Shown here in pieces: positions 27,996 through 40,831 of a stretch of 64,000 bases of DNA. This DNA is from Eledone cirrhosa (taxonomy: Eukaryota). Under the pieces are notes generated by a model that saw only the letters and a list, made by a program, of their open reading frames with translations, made no database searches and was not told the origin of the DNA. The first letter of the stretch is position 1; every line of letters begins with the position of its first letter. The stretch covers positions 24,428,001-24,492,000 of the forward strand of contig OZ024743.1 of assembly GCA_964016885.1 (NCBI GenBank), given 5' to 3'. A program made the position numbers and the translations under genes.

Positions 27996-29042
27996 CATAC
28001 AAACATACATATATATATATATATATACATATATATACAGACAATTATATATATATAACGAAATAATTTAATTAATTGAAAGATCGATATTTAATCTAAA
28101 ACTTCAGATAACACATTATTTAACAATACTCAGGCACATACACACACACACATTGCCCACAGGCATACACACACGTGCATACAAACAATACAATCACATA
28201 TATATGTATACTCGCACACACACATACACCCACACACATATACACATATTACAATAATGAACATCAAGGAAAATTATTAATTAAGCTGTCGAATTATCAA
28301 ATTACTCCGGAGAGAAATCGCAAATTGAAAGTAAAAGTACAAAGTTCAAAAGAAATAAAAAAAAAAGACAAAAATGAAAACATTAGAAAATTAAAAGACA
28401 AAATTATCGAAGAAATTGCTGCTATGAAAAGACACATTCGATTTAACCAAACATAACAATGGTTGTTATTCACAGCCTTAATTGTTTTATATTAATAGTC
28501 AAAATTGTGCTATTCACGTTAACTCACATTAGTGTCTCTCCAGGTCATTGGCTGCTCATGTTTTTATTATTATTTTTATTATTTTTTTTTTTGTATTATT
28601 CATCTATTCATAGTATTTTATATCTTTTTGTTTCAAAGTTCAATTTAAACTTTGTTTACCACACCCAACCCACTCTTCGCTCTTTCCGTTAAATTATCTT
28701 CTTGCCACTATGAAACATGGAAAAAGAAATTCTAGTTTGGTTTGGATAATAATTTCTCGTATCGTAACCAACCAATTTGAATTGTAAGTAAAGAACCTGA
28801 AGTGAGCAGATCTAAATATTTTACAGCATATTTTTTTTCTATTTTAGGGTGGAATTTTTAATGGTGTAATAGTTGTTGCCCTATCACCTTAAGTCAGCAG
28901 TAATTTGGTTGACCTATTGTCAAAGACATTCCTCCATGATCATCCTATAATTCTTTCCATATATATATATACTTTTTTTTCCTTCTTCAAGTATGTAACT
29001 GTTTGTATATTTTGCAGTCTAATCTATTATCTTTAACATTAT

Positions 29043-29420
29043 GGCAGTGAAATGGCAGAATTGCTTGAGCACTGTGCTATACTTTGGGAGGTTTCCTTGC
29101 GTTCTGAGTTAAAATCTCGCCGAAGTCAGCTTTACTTTCCATCATTCAGAGGTCGATAAAATAATGTACTTGTTCTCATCGACTATAAGTTCCCCCCAAA
29201 TTTGCAGCCTTATGACTATTTTATTATGCGACGGTTTGGCAGAATCAGTAGATCACGAGATAATTTGTCTTCTTTCTATTTATTTCCACTCCTTAACGTC
29301 CTAGTTTCGAATCCCACCGGGGTCAACTTTGCCGTTCATTCTTATTTTTATGATAAAATTAGTATCATTTTATTACTTGCTGATCTTATCGATTAATTCC
29401 ATCCTCCAAAATTTGTGGCT
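29043..29420 (+). mobile_element. Two tandem diverged family-1-like SINEs
   Basis: Decayed A/B boxes and GGTCGATAAAATAA-like cores. Confidence 0.55.
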
Positions 29421-29898
29421 CTTTTTGTATGTTTTAGAGCCAAATATTTAATTGTTAGAATGATGTGAGATTGGCAGAATCAGTTGAGCATCGGGCAAAG
29501 TCTTGTGTGGTATTTAGTCACACACGTAGATATAATACTGGTTTAAGTGCTTTTGTATCCTAAAATGTGTTGTTCCTGAATCTATAATGGGAGTAAATAT
29601 TTGAGAAGTGTTTTAAATGTGCAAGTCTTAGGTCCTGCCTCAATGATAACATCAATATTGGTTCGTGTTTTATTTGGGAATACTGAATACTGTTGTTTGT
29701 AGGAGAAACGTGTACAGAGTCAACGAAGGAGTTGCTGAGTCGTCAGTCTGTGATATGTTCGATATAGCGGCAATATTTTTCTCAAATCATACTCGTTTTG
29801 TTTTGTTGTTATTATTGTTGTTTTGTTTAAGAATGGAAGAAAATATTGAATAATATAGTATTAGATGCACTTTGACTGAAAAAAGTTGCAACTCATTT

Positions 29899-30093
29899 CG
29901 GACCTGTCAACTCTCCCCATCTGACGGGGACATCTCCCAACCACTTTGGGGTAGGTGAGAGATGTCTTCTCTTGTGAAAATGAGTATAGCTTTCATTATG
30001 TAAAATCTCTCCATTTCACCTCATTTCTCCCCGTCTGGGGCACTTTTTCTCATGATACTCCCCGTTTGGGTTTTTAGGGGTTGACAAGTATGT
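29899..30093. mobile_element. Possible hAT-like MITE remnant
   Basis: Imperfect inverted ends ACCTGTCAACTC / GGGTTGACAAGT. Confidence 0.4.
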
Positions 30094-31563
30094 CATTTTA
30101 TCCAGAGATTTTTTTTTCTTTTCAATTAGGGTTGACTTAGGTCTAAACCAGTCATGAGCAACCAGTCAGAAGCTTTCTGAATTGCTCACCTAAGTCACTT
30201 AAGTGAATCTTTCTGATTTGTTTACACCGACTTTTCAGTCGTAATTTATCTTTCTATCATTTTTACGATCGAGGAAAACAACGTGTACGAATTCTGAAGA
30301 AACAAATCAAAATAACCTGAGTGACCACCCCTTTTTTTAATGTGGGCGCGAATGTAAATTAGCGCTGCGGCCCGCTTCTCGAAAAAAGTTGCCCATGCCT
30401 GGTCTAAACAATAACATGGAGAAGGGTGGTCTTACGTCGATTCCAGGATTTGGCTGATACCTCTAATAATAAACAATATGAAATGTCTTACGTTCATTTG
30501 ATAAGCAAGCATATAGAAACAGAACCGTATTGTAATTTATTATTTGTTGTTGTTTTTTTAATCCTTTTGGCGTAAATTAAATTCATGCCCATCGAATCAG
30601 TAGTGGAAACATCGAAAATAATTGAACCAAACTCGAATGTCATGAAATTTAATTAGGTTTCTTAATTAGTATATAATGAAGCGTTAACAATGTAGCTAAG
30701 ATTGAAACGAGCAGCTAGCTCTCTACCAACTGTCAACTGACTTATTAAACACAACCCGTTTCTCTTTTAGCGACCATATTCCTTTCTCCTACTCCCATAA
30801 ACAGAGAATATTCTCGAGGGAGAATAAAGAGGCGAAGGGAAAGAATCAAGCAAAAGCAGTACAAGAAAAAAAAAAAAGGAAAAAAAAGCATTTAAAAAGC
30901 AAAACACGGAACAATCGAAATCTTCCTTCACGTATGAATCAGCATATTTGTCATTTGTTTTTCTTCTGTCACCACATCGCATATGTTGACATGCATGCTT
31001 AGAAGAGAGAAAAGGTGACTGGTGTTGTAATGATGCTTTTCATTATATCTTTGTTTATATTATCACTATAATTAATTCTAATTTGATGTAGTGTAATGTA
31101 ATGTTTATTGTTTTGCAATACATGTACGTAACATTTAAGTTGGTTTTGACTTGTTTTGTTTTCCGAGAAATTACGTATCACGAGGTATTAAATTCAAGCG
31201 AGAAATCAAATTGCATTAATTCGAGGTCAAATTATGGTCGTGACCAAAATGTTATCTTTATATTTATAAGCAATACACTGCCCAATCATAGTATATATAT
31301 ATGTGTATATATATATATATATATGTAAGTATGCATGTATACGTACATACATATATGTATACAGACGTACAGTAGCATGCACATATATATATATATATAC
31401 ATATATATATACATATGCATACAGGTACACATACATATATGCACGTATCAGTTTAGCGGCGCTAACGTCGCTTTGTTCGTTTGTAAACAAACTGAACAGC
31501 CTGAATTTATGCCATACGGTGTTAAGGCAACCACGTCACCTTTTTGTTCAACACTGACACAGG

Positions 31564-31608
31564 AACGATGTACTAGTTTCAAGCTTGTTAGCTATCATCA
31601 GCACCGTT
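31564..31608 (-). ncRNA. Minimal type I hammerhead ribozyme, unit 1
   Basis: AACGGTG-CTGATGA-tAGCT(AACA)AGCTt-GAAA-CTAG-TA/CATCGTT: 7-bp stem I, 4-bp stem II, palindromic ACTAGT stem III, GUA cleavage triplet. Confidence 0.88.
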
Positions 31609-32045
31609 TACCCATCTGCCAGATAGTTGAACGTTCGAAAGTATATACTTTCCTTATGAAAATTAACGGCTGAGCAGCCTAATTTGCATATTGAGTGAGT
31701 TAAATCGGTCAGGCATACCGAAAACGATAAATTGAAACAAAATGAAAATGAAAATGAAAACGAAATTTCATTTCTCACTCTTAGTATGGCACTTACTTAA
31801 ATGTAAGTATGCATGTATACGTACATACATATATGTATACAGACGTACAGTAGCATGCACATATATATATATATATATATACATATATATATACATATGC
31901 ATACAGGTACACATACATATATGCACGTATCAGTTTAGCGGCGCTAACGTCGCTTTGTTCGTTTGTAAACAAACTGAACAGCCTGAATTTATGCCATACG
32001 GTGTTAAGGCAACCACGTCACCTTTTTGTTCAACACTGACACAGG

Positions 32046-32090
32046 AACGATGTACTAGTTTCAAGCTTGTTAGCTATCATCAGCACCGTT
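32046..32090 (-). ncRNA. Hammerhead ribozyme, unit 2
   Basis: Identical to 31564-31608. Confidence 0.88.
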
Positions 32091-32511
32091 TACCCATCTG
32101 CCAGATAGTTGAACGTTCGAAAGTATATACTTTCCTTATGAAAATTAACGGCTGAGCAGCCTAATTTGCATATTGAGTGAGTTAAATCGGTCAGGCATAC
32201 CGAAAACGATAAATTGAAACAAAATGAAAACGAAATTTCATTTCTCACTCTTAGTATGGCACTTACTTAAATGTAAGTATGCATGTATACGTACATACAT
32301 ATATGTATACAGACGTACAGTAGCATGCACATATATATATATATATACATATATATATACATATGCATACAGGTACACATACATATATGCACGTATCAGT
32401 TTAGCGGCGCTAACGTCGCTTTGTTCGTTTGTAAACAAACTGAACAGCCTGAATTTATGCCATACGGTGTTAAGGCAACCACGTCACCTTTTTGTTCAAC
32501 ACTGACACAGG

Positions 32512-32556
32512 AACGATGTACTAGTTTCAAGCTTGTTAGCTATCATCAGCACCGTT
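32512..32556 (-). ncRNA. Hammerhead ribozyme, unit 3
   Basis: Identical to 31564-31608. Confidence 0.88.
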
Positions 32557-32977
32557 TACCCATCTGCCAGATAGTTGAACGTTCGAAAGTATATACTTTC
32601 CTTATGAAAATTAACGGCTGAGCAGCCTAATTTGCATATTGAGTGAGTTAAATCGGTCAGGCATACCGAAAACGATAAATTGAAACAAAATGAAAACGAA
32701 ATTTCATTTCTCACTCTTAGTATGGCACTTACTTAAATGTAAGTATGCATGTATACGTACATACATATATGTATACAGACGTACAGTAGCATGCACATAT
32801 ATATATATATATACATATATATATACATATGCATACAGGTACACATACATATATGCACGTATCAGTTTAGCGGCGCTAACGTCGCTTTGTTCGTTTGTAA
32901 ACAAACTGAACAGCCTGAATTTATGCCATACGGTGTTAAGGCAACCACGTCACCTTTTTGTTCAACACTGACACAGG

Positions 32978-33022
32978 AACGATGTACTAGTTTCAAGCTT
33001 GTTAGCTATCATCAGCACCGTT
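32978..33022 (-). ncRNA. Hammerhead ribozyme, unit 4
   Basis: Identical to 31564-31608. Confidence 0.88.
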
Positions 33023-33443
33023 TACCCATCTGCCAGATAGTTGAACGTTCGAAAGTATATACTTTCCTTATGAAAATTAACGGCTGAGCAGCCTAATTTG
33101 CATATTGAGTGAGTTAAATCGGTCAGGCATACCGAAAACGATAAATTGAAACAAAATGAAAACGAAATTTCATTTCTCACTCTTAGTATGGCACTTACTT
33201 AAATGTAAGTATGCATGTATACGTACATACATATATGTATACAGACGTACAGTAGCATGCACATATATATATATATATACATATATATATACATATGCAT
33301 ACAGGTACACATACATATATGCACGTATCAGTTTAGCGGCGCTAACGTCGCTTTGTTCGTTTGTAAACAAACTGAACAGCCTGAATTTATGCCATACGGT
33401 GTTAAGGCAACCACGTCACCTTTTTGTTCAACACTGACACAGG

Positions 33444-33488
33444 AACGATGTACTAGTTTCAAGCTTGTTAGCTATCATCAGCACCGTT
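33444..33488 (-). ncRNA. Hammerhead ribozyme, unit 5
   Basis: Identical to 31564-31608. Confidence 0.88.
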
Positions 33489-33909
33489 TACCCATCTGCC
33501 AGATAGTTGAACGTTCGAAAGTATATACTTTCCTTATGAAAATTAACGGCTGAGCAGCCTAATTTGCATATTGAGTGAGTTAAATCGGTCAGGCATACCG
33601 AAAACGATAAATTGAAACAAAATGAAAACGAAATTTCATTTCTCACTCTTAGTATGGCACTTACTTAAATGTAAGTATGCATGTATACGTACATACATAT
33701 ATGTATACAGACGTACAGTAGCATGCACATATATATATATATATACATATATATATACATATGCATACAGGTACACATACATATATGCACGTATCAGTTT
33801 AGCGGCGCTAACGTCGCTTTGTTCGTTTGTAAACAAACTGAACAGCCTGAATTTATGCCATACGGTGTTAAGGCAACCACGTCACCTTTTTGTTCAACAC
33901 TGACACAGG

Positions 33910-33954
33910 AACGATGTACTAGTTTCAAGCTTGTTAGCTATCATCAGCACCGTT
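33910..33954 (-). ncRNA. Hammerhead ribozyme, unit 6
   Basis: Identical to 31564-31608. Confidence 0.88.
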
Positions 33955-34387
33955 TACCCATCTGCCAGATAGTTGAACGTTCGAAAGTATATACTTTCCT
34001 TATGAAAATTAACGGCTGAGCAGCCTAATTTGCATATTGAGTGAGTTAAATCGGTCAGGCATACCGAAAACGATAAATTGAAACAAAATGAAAATGAAAA
34101 TGAAAACGAAATTTCATTTCTCACTCTTAGTATGGCACTTACTTAAATGTAAGTATGCATGTATACGTACATACATATATGTATACAGACGTACAGTAGC
34201 ATGCACATATATATATATATATACATATATATATACATATGCATACAGGTACACATACATATATGCACGTATCAGTTTAGCGGCGCTAACGTCGCTTTGT
34301 TCGTTTGTAAACAAACTGAACAGCCTGAATTTATGCCATACGGTGTTAAGGCAACCACGTCACCTTTTTGTTCAACACTGACACAGG

Positions 34388-34432
34388 AACGATGTACTAG
34401 TTTCAAGCTTGTTAGCTATCATCAGCACCGTT
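34388..34432 (-). ncRNA. Hammerhead ribozyme, unit 7
   Basis: Identical to 31564-31608. Confidence 0.88.
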
Positions 34433-34855
34433 TACCCATCTGCCAGATAGTTGAACGTTCGAAAGTATATACTTTCCTTATGAAAATTAACGGCTGAGCA
34501 GCCTAATTTGCATATTGAGTGAGTTAAATCGGTCAGGCATACCGAAAACGATAAATTGAAACAAAATGAAAACGAAATTTCATTTCTCACTCTTAGTATG
34601 GCACTTACTTAAATGTAAGTATGCATGTATACGTACATACATATATGTATACAGACGTACAGTAGCATGCACATATATATATATATATATACATATATAT
34701 ATACATATGCATACAGGTACACATACATATATGCACGTATCAGTTTAGCGGCGCTAACGTCGCTTTGTTCGTTTGTAAACAAACTGAACAGCCTGAATTT
34801 ATGCCATACGGTGTTAAGGCAACCACGTCACCTTTTTGTTCAACACTGACACAGG

Positions 34856-34900
34856 AACGATGTACTAGTTTCAAGCTTGTTAGCTATCATCAGCACCGTT
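34856..34900 (-). ncRNA. Hammerhead ribozyme, unit 8
   Basis: Identical to 31564-31608. Confidence 0.88.
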
Positions 34901-35321
34901 TACCCATCTGCCAGATAGTTGAACGTTCGAAAGTATATACTTTCCTTATGAAAATTAACGGCTGAGCAGCCTAATTTGCATATTGAGTGAGTTAAATCGG
35001 TCAGGCATACCGAAAACGATAAATTGAAACAAAATGAAAACGAAATTTCATTTCTCACTCTTAGTATGGCACTTACTTAAATGTAAGTATGCATGTATAC
35101 GTACATACATATATGTATACAGACGTACAGTAGCATGCACATATATATATATATATACATATATATATACATATGCATACAGGTACACATACATATATGC
35201 ACGTATCAGTTTAGCGGCGCTAACGTCGCTTTGTTCGTTTGTAAACAAACTGAACAGCCTGAATTTATGCCATACGGTGTTAAGGCAACCACGTCACCTT
35301 TTTGTTCAACACTGACACAGG

Positions 35322-35366
35322 AACGATGTACTAGTTTCAAGCTTGTTAGCTATCATCAGCACCGTT
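35322..35366 (-). ncRNA. Hammerhead ribozyme, unit 9
   Basis: Identical to 31564-31608. Confidence 0.88.
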
Positions 35367-35934
35367 TACCCATCTGCCAGATAGTTGAACGTTCGAAAGT
35401 ATATACTTTCCTTATGAAAATTAACGGCTGAGCAGCCTAATTTGCATATTGAGTGAGTTAAATCGGTCAGGCATACCGAAAACGATAAATTGAAACAAAA
35501 TGAAAACGAAATTTCATTTCTCACTCTTAGTATGGCACTTACTTAAATGTAAGTATGCATGTATACGTACATACATATATGTATACAGACGTACAGTAGC
35601 ATGCACATATATATATATATATACATATATATATACATATGCATACAGGTACACATACATATATGCACGTATCAGTTTAGCGGCGCTAACGTCGCTTTGT
35701 TCGTTTGTAAACAAACTGAACAGAACAAAGCGACGTTAGCGCCGCTAAACTGATACGTGCATATATGTATGTGTACCTGTATGCATATGTATATATATAT
35801 GTATATATATATATATATGTGCATGCTACTGTACGTCTGTATACATATATGTATGTACGTATACATGCATACTTACATTTAAGTAAGTGCCATACTAAGA
35901 GTGAGAAATGAAATTTCGTTTTCATTTTGTTTCA

Positions 35935-35996
<62 letters not shown>

Positions 35997-36716
35997 TATA
36001 TATATATATATTACTTACAGACACACACGTACAAACACACACACACAACACGTAATATACTCAGACCGACAACAATAGCTACAAATATAAGACTCGCACA
36101 TTAGTGTTAATTAAATAAACGACACAATCACATAAAGTATGTTGTTGCACGTTCGTATCATTCTCTCGTCACGAAAGATGTTTAACACTTTATTTATAAG
36201 TGATTCATTACACAACACTACGAAGTATCTGTGTGTCGATAAAATATCGTTTCATACAAAAATCGATAAAAGTGCCAATCTCATCGAAGGCACTGTAGTT
36301 TTCTGTTTCAATAATGCCTCTGCTAATTACAAGTTCCTATCACATATTAATAGAGTATAATCGTCGTAGTACTGCATTAAATAAATTGCAATACGAAATA
36401 TGTCGATGTAAGTTCATATCATTTGCATATAAAAAAAATATGTAGCTTTCTCTTTTCATATATATGTACTCATTGATTGACAGTAAACGCAAGTACACAC
36501 ACGTACATACGCTAGCAGAAAACCAGCAGGGGGGCGGTATTTCACCCCATATACTGTACTGATTGTGTTGTTATTTCTGTTTACCTTTTACATGCATATA
36601 TATATATATAAGATTTCGCTTCAAGCATAGCTTTATACAAATATGTATAGAAATTTCGTATTTCTAAAGAAACATATATATATATATATTTTTTTTTTTT
36701 TGAGTATATGTTGGTT

Positions 36717-36899
36717 GTATACCAACACCTCAGTATGCAAGCTGGAGCACTCGACGAAGTGCGCAGGTTGGTTTGGTTACTCCGGAGTAATGTAAAATAA
36801 AGTTAAATAAAAAGTCAAATGTTTAAAATTTAGCTTGGTTTATTACTGCTATATATATTTCAGTGACAGCCATCTTTGGCTGTGACCTCTTCAGGCAGT
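36717..36899 (-). mobile_element. Hammerhead plus AATAAA plus 3' tail element, family D
   Basis: Tail TACTCCGGAGTAA..ACCTGCGCACTT..TCGAGT.CTC homologous to 41960-42031. Confidence 0.7.
36845..36899 (-). ncRNA. Type I hammerhead ribozyme
   Basis: ACTGC-CTGAAGA-GGTcACAGCC(AAAGAT)GGCTGTcACT-GAAA-TATATA-TA/GCAGT-AATAAA. Confidence 0.85.
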
Positions 36900-38501
36900 T
36901 TGAATTAGTATGGTATAGACAAGTACATATGTTGTTGAGGTGTATAATATTGTCAATACTCTGATATGCCCAGTTCCTGGTTGGGTTGTTATTTCACTGA
37001 GGAACTGGAATCATATGAATTCAAACAAACGAATTTCAGTGTCAAAGGGCCTCTTCTCCTCTCATTAAAGTTATTAGAACATTGCTCATTCTAAGTGTTG
37101 TTATTGTTGTAGTTATCTTAAAAAATTGATAAAATGGTAGAAGGGACAAGGTGTTAAAGGAACAAAATAACAAAAAAGGTGTCAAACTTCCCATTGGTCA
37201 GTTCTGAGAGCATTCCTCTGGGGTGAGCCTTTCTGAAGTTTGGGTTTGAAATAAATCTTTTGTGACATCAGTCCTGGAACTTTTCTGACACACGTATATA
37301 GTATATAGTGCAGAAAAAAAATATAATAAAAACAGATGAAGGGGAGTGGGGAATACACTCTAAACCCCCCCCCCCCCCCATGTCAAAGCGGTATATCTCA
37401 GCTGTGCTCCACAAACAAGATGATGAAAGTATTTCTTCCGAGAACAACCAGTGACACCCGCTGCATCAGCTACTCTACTTCACGAAGCTCCTTCCTTAGT
37501 TGGGATGCATTTTGATCCCTTCTTCGTCTATAGGATAGATTTAATCGTAATCTATCTTGTATGTGATCTGTATCTATTTTTCATATATATTCGATTTTTA
37601 AAAGCTTTTTTTCTGAAATTAACTATTCTATTGAGATCCAAACTAACTTTTAGATCAGAGTTATTTTCTCTTCAAATATTATGTGAAATGATTGGTTATT
37701 TCGTTCTATTTTGTGCAGTGTAGCTATAAAATATGAATTTTGTATAGCAATTCCCCCTCCAGCTTCTCATCATACTCTTCTTCTTTTCATGATATTCATA
37801 ATGATAATAATAATAACCATCATCATCATCGTTGTTGTTTATTTTAAAATGCATTATACATTGTCCCCCGGCGCAATGAAAAAATCATATTCTTATTTTG
37901 TTTTTATTTTTAAAAAACCTTCTCGCTATTATTCATTAGTACGTGTTGAAATTCTTTTCAATCTATCTGTTATTAATTCTATATCCCTAGTGAGAATTTC
38001 TTTTACTTAAGAATAAATAATACTCATACAACCAGTTAACCAGCATTGAGATGGGTTTCAGATAATACAAATACAATGTTTGTTTGTTTTTCTCAAGATA
38101 TGTCTCATCTAAAACAAATTAAAAAACTATACATCTGGGAGGAAACTTAATGAAATAACTATATTTATATAGCAAGATTACAATTCCCAGAATAAGATGC
38201 ACTATGAATTATAGTTGTATGCGTCTAGAATTGAAAATGTATGATAAATATCTCAGTGTTGTTGATGTTGCTATGATGTACTTGTTGTTGTTATTGTTGT
38301 TGATGTTGTCGTCGTCGTCGTTATTGTTTACTCCAGGCCAGCCATGATCAAGCGAAGATGATGAAAGGTATTTCACCGTAAACCTAGAAATATATATGTA
38401 GCACGTCATCTATTAAATCTGTGTGTGATTGGTAGGCGATTCGGCTGCTTATTTTAGAAGGTTAAACGACCGTGTTAGAGGCATCATAACTGCTAATTCT
38501 A

Positions 38502-38541
<40 letters not shown>

Positions 38542-38631
38542 AGTAGTTGTCAGCAAGTGGCTTCTACTTTAGCCACGGGTTGACCAATGCTTTGTGAGGG
38601 AAATTTGGTAGACAGAAACACCAGGAACCCG

Positions 38632-38673
<42 letters not shown>

Positions 38674-38752
38674 TGCTATCCTGATGATTTCTCCTGAATG
38701 AAACAGTTCTAGTCCTGTAGAAGCCATTTCTATATTAAATATTTATACTCTG

Positions 38753-38789
<37 letters not shown>

Positions 38790-39341
38790 TACGTATGTGT
38801 ATGTATGAATGTATGTAAGTATGTGTTTATGTGTGTTTAAATTTGTGACAGATTTTACACCGTGTAAATGTGGTTTGATAAATGCTGATCGATAAAATAA
38901 GTCTTTGTAATCGACTAATTCGCTTCAAGGAGGTTTCACCTCTTGGCTGCAGTTTCATAACTGGAACCAATAAAAACATATACACCAATAGTTGTACAAT
39001 GACAAATAAACAAACTAGATATGTATTAAAATATTACTCTGGCTCGAGTTCGGATTTAAATTAATGTTCCATTTGAATTTGATGTTGAGCCCATTTCTAC
39101 ATGTGATTGTGTATAGGATGAATTGAGATATTTTCGGCAGCTTTTCCGTGACATATCATACAGGCAGCATCCTGCGTCACGTGCAACAACGGTAACAGAC
39201 AAACGTTTCATAAATTGACAGCTTCCCCATGTCATAAATTTCTTTCAATCTCGGCACGGCATTCCGAATTATGTCTCTGACGAGTGCGAGTTCCCACCGA
39301 AATTACACACGAATAGGTGATACAGCCAATCAATATATTAT

Positions 39342-39383
<42 letters not shown>

Positions 39384-39437
39384 TAGGATTGGTTCTCTGA
39401 AATAGCGATGTATACATGAAAGTATGTATAGTATATT

Positions 39438-39998
39438 TGGCAATATACCGTATGTTTAAGTAAAAACATTTTGAAGACCTTGCGCTATCATTTTAAAGTA
39501 GTAACTATGTCACTTACTTCTTTTTCGGAAAAGGAAGGGAGAGAAGCTGACCGATTCTGTTTCACACTGTTGGTGTTCCTCTGTGTACATCGTTATTTCA
39601 GAGCACCAATCCTAATTTTTAATTTTTGCTGGACCGGCAATCGCTCTGTATAATCAGTTCCTGATTATTATTGGAAGTCTATAAGAATCCAGCCTCTATA
39701 ATTTTCGGCAGAGGAAGGGAGTACGTTGCTCCGAGGAACACCAACAGTGTGAAACAGACTGTCAGCTTCTCTCCCTTCTTTGTCGAAAACGAAGCAAGTG
39801 ACATAGTCACTACTTTAAAATGATAGCACAAGGTCTTCAAAATGTTTTTAATTGAACATACGGTACATTGCCAGAATAATTCGGCCGGAGAATTATATTC
39901 CCATTTGCCCTTTATAGCATAACTTTCTGCATTTAATGCGGTTAAGAGAAGCGGTTCTTATTCGGGTACAACTTCTGATTTAGCCTAAGAAAATATCT
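39438..39998 (+). mobile_element. Older hammerhead-bearing fold-back element
   Basis: Diverged inverted arms 39438-39581 / 39733-39873; right boundary approximate. Confidence 0.7.
39714..39778 (+). ncRNA. Type I hammerhead with extended bulged stem I, U4C core
   Basis: GAAGGGAG-tacgtt-GCT-CCGAGGA-ACAC(CAACA)GTGT-GAAACAG.CTGTC/AGC-ttct-CTCCCTTC. Confidence 0.7.
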
Positions 39999-40617
39999 AT
40001 ATGCGTGTGTAATTTATACAAGCATATATTTATTTTTTTATTTTCAATTGAGTTCTTAAACACGTTAGATTGATAATGTTTTCAAAAAAACTAATTAACC
40101 CGCGTGTATATTATTTTTTTTCCTCATTTCGTGGATCGTGAGTTGTCTCCCCTTCCTGCTTCGTGTCGCTATGATACTTCCTCAGTCAAAAACTGCTGGA
40201 ATTTCAAATTTGGCGGTCATTCGAGGTGAGAGAGAGCAACTTTACGGACATGATTTTTGACAGCGGTAAGAAATTGTTTTCTTATATCAATGTTTAATGG
40301 GCTTCCACTGATGATTTATAAGTGCCCACCTAAATATATTCTTACATGAATATATATTAGGCTTCTACATAAACTGGAAACATTCTCCCAACTTGTAGAA
40401 AACTTATAATAAAACAATTGTTTGGAAAGAGAGATATACTTTAACTTTAATTCTATCTCATAAAATAATACAACTGGTTTTTCCACATTATACATATTGT
40501 TAGCTCCCCAAACACTTAAATTGGGTTTATATTTTAATATAACCTAATGTTTGTTGAGTGAGATGGTTACCAGTCAGAGTTTAGCTTTAAACTATCTCTG
40601 TTATTGTATTAAATACA

Positions 40618-40677
<60 letters not shown>

Positions 40678-40742
40678 AAATATCCATGATCTCCAGAAGA
40701 CAACGGATGAAGGAAAATTATCCCCCGTTCGTGCTTCCCTCT

Positions 40743-40774
<32 letters not shown>

Positions 40775-40787
40775 TATACATATATAT

Positions 40788-40829
<42 letters not shown>

Positions 40830-40831
<2 letters not shown>

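Larger units (their letters stand above)
31323..35940 (-). mobile_element. Retrozyme-like concatemer: ~9.4 x 466-bp units plus terminal 218-bp inversion
   Basis: Near-identical head-to-tail units 31323-35722, one hammerhead per unit, inverted arm 35723-35940, (TA)n on both flanks, no credible ORF. Confidence 0.9.

Noticed and set aside
31303-35925. Repeated 93-aa and 112-aa ORFs in the array; also considered a CRISPR-like array
   Set aside because: The ORFs run through microsatellite, shift frame with TA length and lie antisense to the ribozyme; there are no unique spacers, so not CRISPR
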